Source: Deltaproteobacteria bacterium
GTDB lineage: Bacteria; Myxococcota_A; UBA9160; UBA6930
Direction of reading: 5' to 3'
Length of the DNA: 59,704 nucleotides
Assembly: GCA_029261775.1 (NCBI GenBank)
Contig: JAJDAR010000038.1
Coordinates: 1-59,704 of the forward strand
This document shows, piece after piece, positions 37,074-45,866 of the stretch. How positions within the stretch are numbered: the stretch's first letter is position 1; each line of letters opens with the position of its first letter. The notes beneath the pieces are model-generated. The model worked only from the letters and a program-made list of their open reading frames with translations, was not told the DNA's origin and did no database searches. The position numbers and the translations under genes are program-made.

Positions 37074-38264
37074 TTGAAGCGCATCGTCGTCGCAGGGGCT
37101 TCGCTCGCAGGGCTTCGGGCCCTCGAGGCGCTGCGCGCGGAGGGCTTCGACGGCGAGCTGATCGCGATCGGGGACGAGCCCGAGCTGCCCTACGACCGGC
37201 CGCCGCTCTCGAAGCAGTTCCTCACCGGGGACTGGGACGAGGAGCGCATCCGGCTGCGGCGACAAGGGGTGGAAGATCTCGACGTCACCTGGCACCTCGG
37301 CGAACGCGCGTCGGCCCTGCTGCCGGACGAGCGCAAGGTCCAGCTCGCCTCCGGAGAGACGATCGCATGGGACGCGCTGCTGATCGCGACCGGCAGCATG
37401 GCCCGCGAGCTGCCCTTCGGCGCGGGCCTGGCCGGCGTCCAGGTGCTGCGCAGCCTGGCGGACGCCCGCGCCCTTCGCGAGAGCCTGGGCTCCGGACCGC
37501 GCGTGGCGGTGATCGGCGCGGGCTTCATCGGGATGGAGGTGGCCGCATCCTGCCGCCAGCGCGGGCTCGACGTGACGGTGATCGAGCCGCTCGCCGCTCC
37601 CCTGATCCGCGGCCTGGGGGAGGCGCTGGGCCGCCACGTGGCCGATCGCTTTCGCGCCGAAGGCGTCGACCTGCGTCTGGGCGCCGGAGTGGAGGGCTTC
37701 GACGGGGAGGGCCGGGTCGAAGCCGTGCGTCTCACGGACGGCAAGAGGCTCCCGGCCGACGTGGTCGTCGTCGGCATCGGAGTCCGGCCCGCCACCGATT
37801 GGCTCGCGGGCTCCGGCCTCGACGTCCGGGACGGAGTCGCCTGCGACGGCGCGGGGGCGACGGCCAGCGAGGGCGTGTTCGCGGCGGGGGACGTGGCACG
37901 CTGGGCCGCGCCCGACGGCACGCCGGGGCGCCGCTACGAACACTGGACCCACGCGGTCGAGCAGGGCGTGCACGCGGCACGCCGGATCCTTCACGGCGAG
38001 TCCGCCGGTACCCTCGACGTGGTTCCCTACGTCTGGAGTGACCAGTTCGACCTGCGGATCGCCATCGCCGGCGAGCCTTCGGCCGGGGACGACTCCTTCC
38101 TGTGCCACGGCTCGCTCGAGGAGGGCCGTTTCCTCGTGCTCTTCGGACACGAGGATCGACTCTGCGGCGCGGTCTCCTTCGGTCGTCCCCGACAGCTGCA
38201 TGCCGTCCGGCGCCGCATCGCCGAGGGCGCGCTGTTCTCCGACGTAGTGGCGGAGAACGCGTAG
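37074..38264 (+). CDS. FAD/NAD(P)-dependent oxidoreductase (ferredoxin reductase-like)
   Basis: Two Rossmann motifs (IVVAGASLAG; VAVIGAGFIGMEVA), 'AAGDVA' and a C-terminal reductase domain. TTG start chosen; the start is uncertain. Confidence 0.82.
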   Translation: MKRIVVAGASLAGLRALEALRAEGFDGELIAIGDEPELPYDRPPLSKQFLTGDWDEERIRLRRQGVEDLDVTWHLGERASALLPDERKVQLASGETIAWDALLIATGSMARELPFGAGLAGVQVLRSLADARALRESLGSGPRVAVIGAGFIGMEVAASCRQRGLDVTVIEPLAAPLIRGLGEALGRHVADRFRAEGVDLRLGAGVEGFDGEGRVEAVRLTDGKRLPADVVVVGIGVRPATDWLAGSGLDVRDGVACDGAGATASEGVFAAGDVARWAAPDGTPGRRYEHWTHAVEQGVHAARRILHGESAGTLDVVPYVWSDQFDLRIAIAGEPSAGDDSFLCHGSLEEGRFLVLFGHEDRLCGAVSFGRPRQLHAVRRRIAEGALFSDVVAENA

Positions 38265-38277
38265 TGGCCGAGAACGT
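38244..38277. repeat. 2 x 17-bp tandem duplication (GTAGTGGCSGAGAACGY) spanning the stop codon
   Basis: Units at 38244-38260 and 38261-38277. The TAG of copy 2 (38262-38264) is the in-frame stop of the FAD oxidoreductase; the TAG of copy 1 is out of frame. Confidence 0.88.
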
Positions 38278-38296
38278 GACGGAGAGCGGGTAGGGC

Positions 38297-39646
38297 GTGG
38301 GCTTCGATGCGGCGCGGCGATCCCGAGCGCGAACGGCCTCCAGGCCCGAGCGCGCGGCCAGGCGGATCGGAGTCTGCGTCGCGCTCTGCCTGACCTGCGG
38401 CTGGCTGACCGCAGCGCCGGAGCCGGCCGTCGCGGCCGAAGTGATCTGGCTCTCCTTCGACGGCGTGCGCCACGACGCGCTTGCGGCCGGCGGCCTTCCG
38501 GCACTCGGGCGGATGGCGCGGGAGGGCGGCGTTGCGCAGGCGCTCGTGCCCGTGTTTCCGTCGAGCACCTTCGTCAATCACGTCACCCAGGCCACCGGCA
38601 CCCATCCCGATCGGCACGGGATCGTCGGCAATCGCTTCTTCGATCCCGAGCTGGGCCTGTTCGACTACGGCAACGATGCGCGCTTCCTGGATGCCGAGCC
38701 GCTCTGGGCGGCGGCGGAGCGCCAGGGCGTGCGCGCGGCCACGTTCTTCTGGGTCGGATCCGAGACGCCCTGGCGAGGTGTGGCGGCCAGCGATCGGATG
38801 ACGCCCTTCGACGGTGCGCTCGGCGAGGCGACCAAGGTCGACCGGATCCTGGCCTGGCTGGACCGCCCTGCGCACGAGAGGCCGCGCCTGATCATGAGCT
38901 GGTGGCATGGTGCGGACTCCGCCGGCCACCGCCACGGACCCGGTTCCCCGGAGAGCCTGGCGCAGCTGCAAACCCAGGACCTTCAGCTGGGACGATTGCT
39001 CGAGGGGCTCGATGCGCGCGATTTCTTCGCACACGGGACCTTGATCGTGACGAGCGATCACGGCATGACCCGTGCGGACGAGGTCGTCGACGCCGGGGTC
39101 GTGCTGCGGCGGGCGGGGGTGCGCGCCCGGGTCATCCACGGCACGGCGTTCGCCCATGTGCACCTGCAACACCCCGACCAGGCCGACGCGGCGCTGCGCG
39201 CGTTCGAGGACGTGCCCCACGTCCGTGCCCTGCCTCTCTCCGCCGTGCCCTCGGCCCTTCGCTACCACCACCCGACCCGGGTGGGGCAGATCCTGTTGGT
39301 GGCCGAGCCTCCGGTGCGGCTGGGCGGCGGACGCCGCCGCGCCCAGGAGTTCCTGCGCAAGCTCACCGCCGGGGGAGCCGGCGGCGCTCACGGTTACGAC
39401 CCGGCCCACCACCCGGACATGCACGGTGTGCTGCTCGCGCTCGGGCGCGGCGCGGCCCCGGGGGCCCGCTGGGGCCCGGTGCGCGCCATCGATCTGGCCG
39501 CCACGGTTGCCCGGCTGCTCGCGATCGCGCCGCCCGGCTCCTCGGAGGGCGAGCCGCTGCCAGGTCTCGCACCCCCGCGCGCCGCCGCTCCGGTGCCCGA
39601 AGCGGCTGGGATCAGGGCAGCCCCCGACGCAGCCCCCGCTCCGTGA
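38297..39646 (+). CDS. Ectonucleotide pyrophosphatase/phosphodiesterase (NPP) family protein
   Basis: 'WLSFDGVRHD', the Thr-nucleophile region 'FPSSTFVNHVTQATGTHP', 'VTSDHGM' and 'GAHGYDP'. GTG start, with a signal-like segment (VCVALCLTCGWLTAAP). Confidence 0.85.
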   Translation: MGFDAARRSRARTASRPERAARRIGVCVALCLTCGWLTAAPEPAVAAEVIWLSFDGVRHDALAAGGLPALGRMAREGGVAQALVPVFPSSTFVNHVTQATGTHPDRHGIVGNRFFDPELGLFDYGNDARFLDAEPLWAAAERQGVRAATFFWVGSETPWRGVAASDRMTPFDGALGEATKVDRILAWLDRPAHERPRLIMSWWHGADSAGHRHGPGSPESLAQLQTQDLQLGRLLEGLDARDFFAHGTLIVTSDHGMTRADEVVDAGVVLRRAGVRARVIHGTAFAHVHLQHPDQADAALRAFEDVPHVRALPLSAVPSALRYHHPTRVGQILLVAEPPVRLGGGRRRAQEFLRKLTAGGAGGAHGYDPAHHPDMHGVLLALGRGAAPGARWGPVRAIDLAATVARLLAIAPPGSSEGEPLPGLAPPRAAAPVPEAAGIRAAPDAAPAP

Positions 39647-40418
39647 ACCGGTCCGGGTCGAGCTGCGTCTGGTAGTCGACCTCCCTGGACCGGAACACCG
39701 TGCGGTGACCGGTCTGGTGGTTGCGCACCTCGAGCACGTGCACCGTCCAGATGCCGTTCACCTCGCGAAACTCCGAGAGCAGGGCCGTCTTCTTGTGACG
39801 GAGCGCGACGTCGTCGTACACGACCTTGCGGGCGATCCACATCGCCGGATCGATCCAGTAGGTGATGCGACCGTAGCCGACCGCGCGCGCGATCTCCGCG
39901 TCGAGCGGAGTGGCCTCGAGCACGAGGCAGACGGTGTCGTCGCAGGCCTCCTCCCGCAGGGTCTTCCAGGTGTAGTCGCTGCGGGTGACCCGCGTCTCGT
40001 TCTTCATGTCCTCGTAGCTCATGTCCGTGCCGAGGAAGTTCTTGCCGCGATCCCGCGCGGCGATGCGTCGGACCTTGCGCAGGGCGGGGAGGTAGAGCCA
40101 CTGGTCGTCCTCCCGTCCGACCTCGGAGTGGTCGTGAACCAGGAAAGCCGTGTCCTCGACGGTCTTCGGGGAGAGGTAGTAGAAGGCCAGGCGCTTCTCC
40201 TCGCCGAACCAACGACGCAGCACACGCGCGCTGCGCACGCGCTTGCTGCCGCGCTTGTCGATGAGCTCCATTTCGAGGGTCCGACTCATCGATTCGCCGT
40301 CGTCTCGGGCGTTGATCCGACGGGCGATCTCGTCGCCGGCGGGCAGCTCTGCGGTGGCCGGCGCTCCCGCGAGGAGAGCGAACGCGGCCAGCGTTCCGAG
40401 CAGCCTGCGACTTCGCAT
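39612..40418 (-). CDS. Outer-membrane lipoprotein-sorting (LolA-like) protein
   Basis: Signal peptide, then 'ELIDKRGSKRVRSARVLRRWFGEEKRLAFYYLSPKTVEDTAFL' and 'WLYLPALRKVRRIAARDRGKNFLGTDMSYEDM', typical of the LolA_like family that pairs with DUF1302. Confidence 0.8.
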   Translation of the reverse strand: MRSRRLLGTLAAFALLAGAPATAELPAGDEIARRINARDDGESMSRTLEMELIDKRGSKRVRSARVLRRWFGEEKRLAFYYLSPKTVEDTAFLVHDHSEVGREDDQWLYLPALRKVRRIAARDRGKNFLGTDMSYEDMKNETRVTRSDYTWKTLREEACDDTVCLVLEATPLDAEIARAVGYGRITYWIDPAMWIARKVVYDDVALRHKKTALLSEFREVNGIWTVHVLEVRNHQTGHRTVFRSREVDYQTQLDPDRFTERGLRRGLP

Positions 40419-40420
40419 GA

Positions 40421-41770
40421 TCAGAAACCCCACTCGAAGCCCAGGGTCGCACGATCCCGGCCGTCGAACTCGCCGAAGACCCCGTCTCCGCGACCGTAGA
40501 AGATGTCGGCGCCCACCCACACCGAAAGCCCCGTGCGCCACTCGTAGGTGAGCTTCGGGCGCACGAGACCGTCGCCGTCGTTCAGGTTGTGGATCCAGAT
40601 CGCCTCTGCCCGAAGCCGCTCGTTCATGAGCTCGTGTCGTGCGAGCAGCGTCAGGTTCGTGTCGAGACGGTCTCGGAGCCAGCCGGGTCGGTCGCGCAGG
40701 AGCAGGCTCTGGAAGACCTGGAACGAGACCAGGCTGTCCCGGAAGCCGAACCAGTCGAGGCCCAACACGTAGCCGAGCTCGCCGGTGCGCCCCACGAGAT
40801 CCCGATCCCCCGGGTCGTCGACCGAGAGCCGACGGTCGCTCGACCAGCCGAGCTCGGCCCGGACGGTGAGGTCGCCGAACGCCGAGCTCGCCGTGCCCCC
40901 GAGGAGGTGGGTCCGGTGATGGCGGGGGGTGAAGCGAACCAGCCCGTCGCCGCGCCGCTCGGCCTCGAGCACGGGGCGATCGTCGTAGTGGAAGAGGTAG
41001 TTCAGGCTCAGGTCGAAGCCGGAGACGAAGAGCTGGAGGCGCGCGCCCACATCTCCGTCGGCGAGCAGCCGGCGCGGACGTCGGGTCGGCTCGACCCGCG
41101 TCACGAGGCCCGGGACGCTCGGCGGCTGGAAGCGGGGCGCCGTGAGGGCGTAGGTCGCGCCGGGTTCCGGCAGCTCGTGGAAGCTCGGGTCCGGAATCCA
41201 GAGGAGCTCGAGCTGGGCCTCTCCGATCGGAACCTCTGCCCGCAGCGTCCAGAGCGGAATCCGGGAATCGTCGAAGTCATCCAGGATGAACTCCCGAAAA
41301 TCCTGGGGATTGACGACGTCGAGGACCTTGAGCCCGTCGGCCTGACCCCAGACGATCTGCTGCTTGCCGAAGGTCAGCCAGGTACGACCCCATTCGGCTT
41401 CGACGAAGAGCTCGCGCAGCTCGAAGTCGGCGGCATCGCCCGCGAAGCCGCGGCGCGAGAGCGAGGAGACCTCGACCGGATGGGGATGGCCCGGCTCGAG
41501 GCGATCGTAGGCGTCGAGCCGGACACGGCCGGTGGCGTGCAGCCGGGCGGTCGGTGACGGTGACCAGTCCAGCTCCGGCTGGACGACGAGCTCGAGCTTC
41601 TGGGCTCGGGTGTTCCGGAAGCCGACGGCCCACTCGGCTTCGACGGTGCCCGATGCGCGGGGCGGCTCGACTCCCGCCGACGGGCCGGGCAGGGCGAGCG
41701 CCGTCGCCAAGGTCACCAGCGCGCCCGTTCCCAGCCCGCGCAGACCATGGCCCGCCGCCCGGAGCCCCAT
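40421..41770 (-). CDS. DUF1302-like outer-membrane beta-barrel protein
   Basis: Signal peptide, alternating beta-strand pattern, 'FGKQQIVWGQADGLKVLDVVNPQD' and a terminal aromatic residue (..LGFEWGF). The stop lies 2 nt before the LolA-like ATG. Confidence 0.75.
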   Translation of the reverse strand: MGLRAAGHGLRGLGTGALVTLATALALPGPSAGVEPPRASGTVEAEWAVGFRNTRAQKLELVVQPELDWSPSPTARLHATGRVRLDAYDRLEPGHPHPVEVSSLSRRGFAGDAADFELRELFVEAEWGRTWLTFGKQQIVWGQADGLKVLDVVNPQDFREFILDDFDDSRIPLWTLRAEVPIGEAQLELLWIPDPSFHELPEPGATYALTAPRFQPPSVPGLVTRVEPTRRPRRLLADGDVGARLQLFVSGFDLSLNYLFHYDDRPVLEAERRGDGLVRFTPRHHRTHLLGGTASSAFGDLTVRAELGWSSDRRLSVDDPGDRDLVGRTGELGYVLGLDWFGFRDSLVSFQVFQSLLLRDRPGWLRDRLDTNLTLLARHELMNERLRAEAIWIHNLNDGDGLVRPKLTYEWRTGLSVWVGADIFYGRGDGVFGEFDGRDRATLGFEWGF

Positions 41771-41892
41771 CACCCAGCTTCCCCCAACCGGTCCGGTTCC
41801 ATGTCGGTCCGGTTCGATGTCGTCCGGTCCCGTTCCCGCCGCGTGGGGAGCATACCGGCCGGCCGCCAGGCGGCCGAGTGGCGGTGCAGGCC

Positions 41893-42141
41893 TCAGGAGG
41901 GATCGGTGGGAGGGGCAGCCCGGCGCACCTGGCGCAGCGCCGACACGCTCGAGAGCGTCGAGACCGCGTAGGGGACGAGGACCGTCAAGCCCATCTTGAA
42001 CGAGCGCAGGCCGTCGATCTCGCCGCGCAGCAGGGCATCGCCGTGGTTGATCGTGATCAGGATGGCCCCGACCACGACCGCATAGCCCAGCGCCCTCCGC
42101 ACGACGCGACCCGACGAGGCGAGCTCGAACCATTCGGCCAT
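41893..42141 (-). CDS. nrtS: NrtS-family small membrane protein (putative nitrate/nitrite transporter)
   Basis: 82 aa. 'ALGYAVVVGAILITINHGDALL' and 'VLVPYAVSTLSS' match the NrtS pattern as I recall it. Confidence 0.65.
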   Translation of the reverse strand: MAEWFELASSGRVVRRALGYAVVVGAILITINHGDALLRGEIDGLRSFKMGLTVLVPYAVSTLSSVSALRQVRRAAPPTDPS

Positions 42142-42209
42142 GGGGCGAGCGTGGCACACGGATCGCGGCGACGCCGCGACCCGACGCGTCGATGGATGTC
42201 CCACGCCCG

Positions 42210-43226
42210 TCAGAGGCTTGCCGGGGGGAGCGAAGGCCGATCGCCCCAGGCTTCGCCACGCAGCTCCGCACCCGTCGCCATCTCCACGATGCGGCGGACA
42301 TCGTGACAACCTTCGACCCAGGCGTGGAACGCATCGCGCTGGGACTCGTCCAACGTGTACCAGAGATTGGTCACGTAGACGGTGTGGAGGTCGGGGAGGA
42401 GCGAGAAGACCAGCTGCGGCAGGGCCTCGGCCGCCGAGACGGGACACGCCTCCGAGAGCCGCCGCGGAGGTCCATTGGAGGGACGCAGCTTTCCGGCGAG
42501 CTCGTCGAGGTAGGCACCGACCCGTTTCGGCGCCTCGAGATCGGCCGTCGATGCGTCGGAGCGGATCCAACCCTCCACGCCGTCGTCGCTGCGCACCCTC
42601 TTCCAGCCGCCCTGCACCGCGAAGACCTCCACCTGTCGACCGGCGGGCACCCGTCCGACGACGGGCTCGTCCTCGCCCGGGCGGTCGTGGATGCGGGTGG
42701 CGGGGCGCAGCACGAGCTCCCGGCGCAGCCCCGCAGGCCCCACGGGATCGGTGCCCCCGCGCCAGTCGAGGGCTTCGGGGCGTTCGGTCGGCTCCCACGC
42801 CTCCGCGGCCCACCAGGCGCCCCAGCGGCCGGTCGTCTCGCGGAGCGCCGTGGCCCCTCCGACGACGCATCGGCACTCGGTGTAGAGGTGGGAGGCGGGG
42901 AAGACGACCTCGGCGATCCGGTCGCTTCCCGCGGCGAGCCTGCCGAGCCCGTCCACCGCGTTGAGGAGCAAGGCGCGGTCGGTTCCCGGTTCGAAGGCAC
43001 CGCACTGCAGATCATCGAGCTCGATCTCGGCGGCGCCTACCGTGACCCGCACGCGGGCGACCCGCAGGTCGGCACCCCCGTCGTGCCGGTCACACGAGAG
43101 CACCTGCACCTCGGCCCGCCCCGCGAGGCTCGGAGGCAACACGGTCTCGACGCCATGGCCGGGCGCCGCGAGCAGCACCAGCCACAGGGCCGCGATCGGG
43201 ACGACGGGTCGAACGCGCACGGGCAC
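42210..43226 (-). CDS. Secreted hypothetical protein with bacterial SH3-like segment
   Basis: Signal peptide (IAALWLVLLAAPGHG) and an SH3b-like stretch 'RIHDRPGEDEPVVGRVPAGRQVEVFAVQGGWKRVRSDDGVEGWI'. Confidence 0.6.
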   Translation of the reverse strand: MPVRVRPVVPIAALWLVLLAAPGHGVETVLPPSLAGRAEVQVLSCDRHDGGADLRVARVRVTVGAAEIELDDLQCGAFEPGTDRALLLNAVDGLGRLAAGSDRIAEVVFPASHLYTECRCVVGGATALRETTGRWGAWWAAEAWEPTERPEALDWRGGTDPVGPAGLRRELVLRPATRIHDRPGEDEPVVGRVPAGRQVEVFAVQGGWKRVRSDDGVEGWIRSDASTADLEAPKRVGAYLDELAGKLRPSNGPPRRLSEACPVSAAEALPQLVFSLLPDLHTVYVTNLWYTLDESQRDAFHAWVEGCHDVRRIVEMATGAELRGEAWGDRPSLPPASL

Positions 43227-43332
43227 TCCCTTGAGACGCTCCTGGACCGGACCGGGTTCGAGGCGGCCGGCCGCCCGGCCGCGCCCACTGTGCGCGGCGC
43301 ACGGGCGGCCTCCTGCGGAACGTTACCCTCTG

Positions 43333-44154
43333 ATGATGCCGGGCGATCCGACCCATTTTCACGACGGCCTCCGGCGGCTGCTGATGCGGGGGGATCTGGC
43401 CTCGAAGCTCGCGCCGCTCCCGCCTTTCGCGTGGGACCCGGACGTCGAGCGCGCCGCGCCCACACAGCCCGCTCGCGACCCGGGTCTCGAGATGGGCCCC
43501 GGCGCCGCGCCTCTGCCTCGTCCCGGAGCTCTCGAAGAGCCGTCCGCGCGCGCCTTGTGCCTCGCCCGCTTCGCCCATCACGAGCTGCAGGCCGTCGAGC
43601 TGTTCGCCTTTGCGCTGCTTCGCTGGCCCGATCTGGACCCGGGCCTGCAACGCGGCCTGCTCGGGATCCTGGCCGATGAACAGCGCCATGCGGCCGGCTA
43701 CCTGGAGCGTCTCGAAGCGCATGGGGCCCGCTTCGCGCAGTTCGCACCCCACTCCGACTACTTCTGGCGGCACGCACCCGCCCTGGACCGCCCGGCCGCC
43801 TTCTTGGCAGCCATGGGTCTGACCCTGGAGCAGGCGAACCTGGACTTCACCCTGCTCTATCGCGACGCGTTCGCCGCGGCCGGCGACCTCGAGAGTGCGG
43901 CGCTCTGTCAGACCGTCCATGACGACGAGGTGCGCCACGTCGGCTTTGCCGCTCGCGCGCTTCGGCAGCTCGATCCGGAGCCGGAGGAGATCGCGCGCTA
44001 CGAGCGGGCGGTTCCGTTCCCGCTCTCGGCCGCTCGCGCGAAGGGTCGGCGCTTCGAGCGCGCGCCTCGTGAGCGCGCGGGTCTGGGCGATGCGTTCATC
44101 GAGCACGTGCGGACGGCCCGCTCCTCGCAAGAGCGCGGAAAGCTCGACCCGTGA
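43333..44154 (+). CDS. DUF455 family protein (ferritin-like di-iron fold)
   Basis: 'FAHHELQAVELFAFALL', 'ADEQRHA' and 'DEVRHV' form ExxH-type pairs typical of ferritin-like di-iron proteins/DUF455. Confidence 0.7.
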   Translation: MMPGDPTHFHDGLRRLLMRGDLASKLAPLPPFAWDPDVERAAPTQPARDPGLEMGPGAAPLPRPGALEEPSARALCLARFAHHELQAVELFAFALLRWPDLDPGLQRGLLGILADEQRHAAGYLERLEAHGARFAQFAPHSDYFWRHAPALDRPAAFLAAMGLTLEQANLDFTLLYRDAFAAAGDLESAALCQTVHDDEVRHVGFAARALRQLDPEPEEIARYERAVPFPLSAARAKGRRFERAPRERAGLGDAFIEHVRTARSSQERGKLDP

Positions 44155-45260
44155 GCGGTACCGGAGGGCCGGCGCTCTTCGCGAACCTGGGTGCCGAGGA
44201 GGGAGCTGCGGCCGGGGCGGGCGATGCGGCGACCCTCGCCGTCGTCGAGGCCCTGTGGCGGGACCTCTTTGCGCAGCCCCCCGCGCTCGACTTCCTGGTC
44301 GGCGTCGAGGCCGCGGCGTGGTGCAACACCGACGACGCGCAGGCCTTCGCCGCCGAACGGGGCTGTGTGCTCTACGGCGCCTCGCCGGCCGCGACCCGCC
44401 GGGTCCACGACAAGGCCTTCGCGCTCGAGGTGGCCCGCGCCGAGCGCCTGCTTCCGGCGCCCTTCGACGGCGCCCGCGTCTTCGAGCCCGAAGAGCTGGC
44501 GGACGAGGCGTCCGCCCTGCGGGCGATCGCCGAGCGGACGCGGGAGGCGCCACCCGGCGCCCGCAGCTTCACCCTCAAGCCCCGCTTCGGCACGGCGGGA
44601 CGCGGCCGCGTGGCACTGACCGCGGGCACCCTCGACGAGGCCGCGCTGCGCGGAGCCCTTCCGCGCCTCGCCGCGCGAGGCGGCGCCATCCTCGAGCCGT
44701 GGGTCGAGCGGGTTGCGGACTACTCGACGCAGCTGCGGATCGAGGGCGACGGCCAGGTCGTGCTGCTGGCCACCCTCGAGCAGCTCACGACCGGCTCCGG
44801 GCAGGTGCGTGGCCACCGCGGGCTCGTCGACTCTCGCGGTCGGCTCAGCGCCGGCTCGCAGCACGACGAGGCCCTCAAGGAGGGCGCTCTCGCCGTGGCC
44901 CTGGCGGCGGCGGCTGCCGGCTACCGGGGGCCCTGCGGTGTCGATGCCTTCGTCTACCGGGACGGCGAGGGCGAGGAGCGGCTGCGCTCGCTGGTCGAGT
45001 TCAATGCCCGCTTCACCGTCGGGTTGCTCGTGATGGGGCAGGTACGGCGCGCGATCCCGGAGATCCGGGCGACCCTGGGGCTGCGGCCCGGCGACCTCCG
45101 CGCCTTCGCCTTCGCCCTGTCTCCGAGGGTCGATGCGGGGGCGGAGAAACCAGCGGGGCTCTGCACCCTCCCTTCCCGGCCGGATGTTCCCGACGGGCCC
45201 GTTCTCGTCGCGGCTGCCACACCGGCCCTGCTCGACCGCTGGGTCGACGCTGCCTTCTGA
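44151..45260 (+). CDS. ATP-grasp-like hypothetical protein
   Basis: The GTG start overlaps the DUF455 stop (GTGA). 'FTLKPRFGTAGRGRV', 'ILEPWVERVADYS' and 'VEFNARFT' resemble ATP-grasp nucleotide/Mg-binding elements. Confidence 0.6.
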   Translation: MSGTGGPALFANLGAEEGAAAGAGDAATLAVVEALWRDLFAQPPALDFLVGVEAAAWCNTDDAQAFAAERGCVLYGASPAATRRVHDKAFALEVARAERLLPAPFDGARVFEPEELADEASALRAIAERTREAPPGARSFTLKPRFGTAGRGRVALTAGTLDEAALRGALPRLAARGGAILEPWVERVADYSTQLRIEGDGQVVLLATLEQLTTGSGQVRGHRGLVDSRGRLSAGSQHDEALKEGALAVALAAAAAGYRGPCGVDAFVYRDGEGEERLRSLVEFNARFTVGLLVMGQVRRAIPEIRATLGLRPGDLRAFAFALSPRVDAGAEKPAGLCTLPSRPDVPDGPVLVAAATPALLDRWVDAAF

Positions 45261-45344
45261 TAGGCCGGGTTTCTCCGACCGCGGCTTCGGCCCGTGCTAC
45301 CTTGCCGCCCGCTCCGACGGTGGAGTGCCGCGAAAGGGGTGCCG

Positions 45345-45866
45345 ATGCCCGATCCTCAGATGATTCTCGATGTGCTCCTCCGACCCGAGGTGGCGCTTCC
45401 GGTGCTCCTCGGCGGCATGCTGATCGCCTTCTGGATCGGACGGCGCACCAGCGAAGCCACCGTGCGCGTGGCCGAGCTCGAAGGTGCCCTCGCGGATGCC
45501 CGAACCGAGCGCGCAAAGGCCTCGGACGCACTCGGGGACTATCAGGGTCGCGTGACCGACCACTTCACCGAGACCTCGCGCAAGCTGCACGAGCTCACCC
45601 TGCAGTACCGCGCCGTCTACGATCACCTCGCGGAAGGCGCGAACCAGCTCTGCCCGGACGGCTTCGAAAAGCTGGAGGGTGGACTGGGTCTGGACTCGTT
45701 GCCCGAGGAGAGCCTGACCCGGCCCGCCGACGATCTCGCGCCCGAGCTCGAGACCGATCTGGACGACGCAACGCCCCAGCCCCTGGACCCGCCGGCCGAC
45801 GTCTCGGCCAGCGAGCTCGGCTCGGACGCGGAGCGAGCCGCCGACGAGGCGCCGCGAACCGGCTGA
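45345..45866 (+). CDS. zapG: YhcB/ZapG (DUF1043) family inner-membrane protein
   Basis: Single N-terminal TM (ALPVLLGGMLIAFWIGRR), a coiled-coil, 'HFTETSRKLHELTLQYRAVYDHLA' and an acidic tail. Confidence 0.75.
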   Translation: MPDPQMILDVLLRPEVALPVLLGGMLIAFWIGRRTSEATVRVAELEGALADARTERAKASDALGDYQGRVTDHFTETSRKLHELTLQYRAVYDHLAEGANQLCPDGFEKLEGGLGLDSLPEESLTRPADDLAPELETDLDDATPQPLDPPADVSASELGSDAERAADEAPRTG

